Below, piece after piece: positions 59,190 through 64,000 of a DNA stretch of 64,000 nucleotides. The notes beneath the pieces were generated by a model that saw nothing but the letters and a program-made list of their open reading frames with translations, made no database searches and was not told the origin of the DNA. Within the stretch, counting starts at the first letter, position 1. Each line of letters opens with the position of its first letter. Source of the stretch: Hemiscyllium ocellatum (taxonomy: Eukaryota); the NCBI RefSeq assembly GCF_020745735.1, contig NC_083450.1, positions 10,785,883-10,849,882 of the forward strand, read 5' to 3'. The position numbers and the translations under genes were made by a program.

Positions 59190-59762
59190 CGTTTAAGGAA
59201 AGCTCAGGACCTACATCAGGGAGACAAGATGCCTTCTGGAGGATCATTTCAGAGAACATCTCTGGGACTCCGACACCCACCAAACCCACCACCCCGTGGC
59301 TGAACACTTCAACTCTCCCTCCCACTCCATCAAGAACATGCAGATCCTGGGCTTTCTTTACCACCAAACCATTGCCACCCCATGTCTGGAGGATGAACGC
59401 CTCATATTCAGCCTTGTAAACCTGCAACCACACGGGATGTGCGAATTTCAACAGCTTCCTATTTCCCGTGCCGTATATTATCCAAGCCCTCGCCTCCAAA
59501 TCTGTACCATCCTCTAGACCTGTCCATTCTTCTGACCTATCACCTTCTTCCTCATCATCATCCACCTATCGCTTTCTGATCTACCTCTCCCCAAACCCCA
59601 TCCCCTCCTATTTTTCTCTCAGCCCCGATCCACAAGTCTCGTTCCTGATGAAGGACTTATGCTTGAAGCATCGATTTTCCTGCCCCTTGGATACTGCCTG
59701 ACGTGTTTGGCTTTTGCAGCACTACACTCTCCACTCTGATCTGCAGTCCTCACTTTCTCCTA
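59190..59762 (+). mobile_element. Penelope-like element 3' end and pLTR
   Basis: VAEHFNSPSHS...LEDERLIFSL (ORF 59296-59517); CTGATGA at 59645-59651. Confidence 0.8.
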
Positions 59763-59769
59763 GCCATCT

Positions 59770-60900
59770 AAAATTCCATCGTATACAGTACTTCCATAAT
59801 AGCTCAGTGGCCTGATTTTCCACTCACTTTTCAATATATAGCAGGCATCACTCCCACTCATGATACAGCATGACCATTTCCGAGGAGATGGTATTTCTGG
59901 AACAGAGAATTTGTCTTTTATTCTAACAACCAATTCTGCACTTTTCACCAGACTCCCCAACATCACTTTATAAAATTTAGCACTACTTTTCCATACATAT
60001 TAGCACATTTTCTGACAATACTTCTTCCAGAGTGCATAAGTCCTCATTTCTCACCAGTAAAGATTGACTCACTCCTGTATTTCTTAAAATGTCAATTTAT
60101 TTACCGACAGCTCTTGGTACCTTGAGTAAACTCTTCCTGCACGGCTAACGTTCTAAATTCATCTGGCATTTTCTTAAAAACCAACCCCTGAGCAGCCTAT
60201 ACATTATTTTGAAGTTCTTCATCTTCCACTAGTATCTCGTTTAATAAAATTCCAATTGGTTATCTTGTCTTTCCACATTTGCTGTCACAATATTTCTTCA
60301 AACCATCAAAATGGCGACATCATGTGTCCTACTTTATTGCCGTCAAAACACCTGAGGTGTTTTACTTCTGTTTCCATCCTCATTGGTTTTCTTTTTAGTT
60401 TGTGATAAACTATCTTTACTATTTTCATTGAAATCTCTTTTTCCCTTCGAACCTGAGGTTTTCTCTTTTCCACAATTTCTGTCCCACAAAGATTGAAATT
60501 GATGTTGGGAAATAAACTTTGATGTTGATAAGCTAACTCATAATCATCTGCCATTTCTGCTGCTAATCTTGCAGTTTGAACTCTCTGCTCTTCGACATGA
60601 GTCCTCAATATTCCAGGAAGTGAATTTTCAAATTCCTCCAAATTAACAGTCTCTAAAAGAGGATCATATGTCTGACTCATTTTCAATGACCTTTTCCACA
60701 ATCAAAGTTATTTTGTTTGATGCTTTCAAACTCCATCTACGTTTGAACACTTTCTGTCCTTGAATTTCTAAAACAATTTGTGCAGGCTTTCTGCACGAGT
60801 TCCTTTGAATCTAAGATGTGTTTTTTTTTAACCTCATCATACTCCCCAATCCTCTGATAATGATGCAAGCACCACTCTAGCTCGGGCTGTCAACTATGTG
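59770..60900 (-). mobile_element. Gmr1-like Ty3/Gypsy gag-protease remnant with a SCAN-related capsid region
   Basis: LEEFENSLPGILRTHVEEQRVQTARLAAEMADDY and the zinc knuckle CFDGNKVGH (ORF 60306-60701); downstream LRNTGVSQS (protease DTG remnant). Confidence 0.75.
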
Positions 60901-61099
60901 AGAATTAACGTTGTCCTACTTTCAACCTTAACCATTTTTCTGTTTGCTTTTTCTCTTTGGTTGCCAATATCGAAAATCAAACTCTCATTTTTTCCCTCTA
61001 TTCCCTGTCCCCGCCTCTTGTTTTCCCTTTCTTCTGTGAGGACCATCTTTTCTTTTGTTCTTTTATTTCCTCTGCTTTCAATTCGGTTTCAAGCTGTCC

Positions 61100-62000
61100 A
61101 TTTCCATATCGAGTCATGGAGACCAACAACGCGGTGAAAGGTGCATTAGCCCAAAGTGGTCCATGCTGACCAAAATGTCCACTGATGTTACGCTCATTCA
61201 CTGCACTAGGCACATATCCTTTTAAACATTTCGTTTTCATGTATTTGCCCAAATGACTTTTAAGTGTTGTTATTGGACCCACCTCAACCATTTCCAGTGG
61301 CAGGTCATTCCATATGAACGTCACCTTCTGAGCAAACAAAGTGTTGCCCCTCAGTTTCCCTTCTAACATTAAACTGTTGTTCTCTAGTCCTCGATTCCCC
61401 AGCACTGAGAAATATATTGAGTGCATTCACCCTATCCATGCCTCTTATTATTGTATGCACTTCTATAAGATTCCCCCGTCCACCTCGGACACTATAAACA
61501 AAAAAAAAGTCCTAGCTTGTCCAAACTCCCCATACACCTCACACTTTGGGGTCGTATCAACATCCTTGTAAATTTCTTCTGCACTCTTTGCAGTTTAATA
61601 ACATTCTTCCTACAGCAAGATATATACTGCAGACTGCAATACTCCAAGTGCAGGCTCACCAATGTCCTGGATAACTGCAACATTACTTCCCAACTTCAAT
61701 ACTCAATGCCTTTACTGAAGAAAGCCAGTGTACCAAAAGACGCCTTCACAGCTCTGTCTACCTGTGGCTCCATATTCAGAGAACTGTGCACCTGAATTCC
61801 AGGGTCACTGTGTTCCATTCCACTCCCTAAGGCCCGATCATACAACAGGAAACTCCTGCCTTGAATTGAGATTCCAAATTGCAAGACATTGCACTTATCT
61901 ATAATAAACTGCATTTGCAATTTCGAGGCGTCCTTCCCCAACTGATCAAGGTCCTGCTGCAATTTGATAGCCTTCCTTACGTCCAGAATATTGAATATTT
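61100..62000 (-). mobile_element. Decayed CR1 3' fragment
   Basis: MLQLSRTLVSLHLEYC and LQQDLDQLG...MQFIIDKCNVLQFG. Confidence 0.85.
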
Positions 62001-64000
62001 TAATGTCATAAAATGGAAAACTTTGCATGAGTTTTGTTGGTTCACCGATTTGATTTTGATTTTTGATTTGATTTTCTAATTTTGGTTTTGCTTCTTTTTA
62101 AATTTAGACGTTATTGTTACATGTACTCAAGAAAAAATGTACAAGAGTACACTGAAAACTTTTCAATGTCTCCACATACGCATCAGCTTAGGCACAAGTA
62201 CCTGGGAACAAAACCTTAACAAGGTGCTAATAAGGAAGAAGGAACAAATTTCAAAATTAACATTACTGTCAGTCATAGTATATCACAATAAAAAATAAAA
62301 GTTAAACTTTGCAGTTTTTATTATGATTAAGTTTTTCTTAGATGCTTCACCATTCTGGGACTGCAGGTCCAACGATGGCGAAACATTCGACAGATTGACA
62401 AACTTTCCTCCACACTGACTCAATTTCCACTGGCCTCGTCATTGGTGCAGATGTCGGGGAGCTGCATTGCTGCGCTCCTGGGGTCGCAGCCACTGTCACG
62501 CACTAGATTGTCAAAGCCTAGATCCAGTTGTTGCCCATGCTGTGAGTCAATGTCACCATCGGTCCACACATTGCACATAGGGAACTCCCCAAAAGTCTCT
62601 GTCAGGCCCTCAGCCATTGTTTCGTAATGAATTATCCAGCCGACCACCATACTCAATGAGCGTAATGTCGCTGTGGTTCAGTTATCACTCTCCAAAAGAT
62701 AGCTTGGTAGAAACTAAACCGATGAATAGAAAGAGAAATTGAGTTGACAAAGTGGATGAGCTACACCACCGTCATTTCCAGATTTCTGCTACTTTATGAG
62801 ACACTGATGAGATCACAAATGTCATTTAAAAGAAATGTCCAAAACCAGAATTGATATTAACAGGATATATCTAGCACGGTCCGAGGAGCCTACGAAATGG
62901 CTTTGACATCACTCGACGTTTTGTGAGCTCTGTATAGCTGATCTTATCCTCACATTTTTTTCAATCATTCCACACTTCAAACCTCAATTCTAACTCTGCA
63001 AACACTGTAGGATCTCATTGCCCTTTGTGTTATGATCTGCCTTCCTGCTCGCAAAACAAAACTTTTCACTGTACTTAGGAATGTGTGACAACAATAAATC
63101 AATTCAAATTAAAACAGACAATCGAATCCAAACTTGTCATAATAATTTATAAACATGCACGAGTGCCACGAGTTCAATATATTTACCATCACCTTAAATG
63201 ACACTTTGCTATTCCTGTCATTCAACATCTACATCAGATACATGGGAAACTTGGTATTATCTTCTAAATAATCATTTAGGATTCTTAATGTGTATTGACC
63301 TTGACAGCAATGTCTACATACCTGAGAGAATAATAAAAATAAAGAATCAAACCAGTCCTTAATAGTGGTTGAATCACTTCTGTTTTGGTCAATCCCACTT
63401 CGGAGTGGAATTCATCAGATAATTAAGAATGACATTGGTCAGAGATAGTGAAATCTTCGTCTGGCGATAGTTTCATGCTTTAGAGTCAATTGTGTCAGAT
63501 GCTCTTTCGATGTAAATTTCCACTTCCTTGTTTATGGGTCTTAAAATACATAGGCACAAGTTCGAGGAAAGGTTCTTTCAATTACTCCTAAAGAACATTT
63601 GTTACTGACTTTCCAATAAGAGAAAACATGGAACATATCCTTCATTTCATGAGTGTTCGTCCTATCAAAATATCAGATCTTCATTAAAGGCCAATTCAGC
63701 GTAGAGGGTCTATAGAAGAAATCAGAAACCGTTACCTTCAAAAAGACATAGGAACAGTGTGTGGCAATTCAACACTTTTATCTGATCCCACCTCTACCTC
63801 CTTCAGTTAGATGATAGCTCGCTCTATCTCTATGTGACCATAATCATTTCCCATTTGAACATCGACTTCACAAAAGAAAAAAAAGGGCGAGACGTTCCAT
63901 TCATCCCATGCCCTTATATATGTCACCTCTAAAGTGCTCGATCTTATTTTAAAATTGCGTCCCTTTGTTACAAGGCCAGAACACTGCAATGCAAGTCTTT

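Noticed and set aside
62340-62660. GC-richer segment with a 78-aa minus-strand ORF containing VWTDG
   Set aside because: No further RNase H or other motifs; probably an unrecognised repeat fragment.

Overview
Repeat-rich vertebrate genomic DNA. The tRNA-derived SINE, CR1 and Penelope repeat types point to a cartilaginous fish, probably a shark (inference). The only host gene I can support is at the left edge on the minus strand. It is a compact antigen-receptor-like gene with a leader exon, a germline-joined V-J exon (FGKG motif, no RSS seen) and a C1-set constant exon; its 3' end is unresolved. The remaining ~61 kb is mostly transposon debris. This includes many CR1 LINEs, one of which has an esterase ORF1 and an uninterrupted 967-codon ORF2 joined at a U-UUA-AAC -1 slippery site, with a near-identical partial copy 33 kb away. 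There are also Penelope-like elements whose terminal repeats carry minimal hammerhead ribozyme motifs, two foldback insertions with target-site duplications, about nine SINEs, Gypsy remnants and a decayed class I endogenous retrovirus. Boundaries of decayed repeats are approximate and were set by eye.
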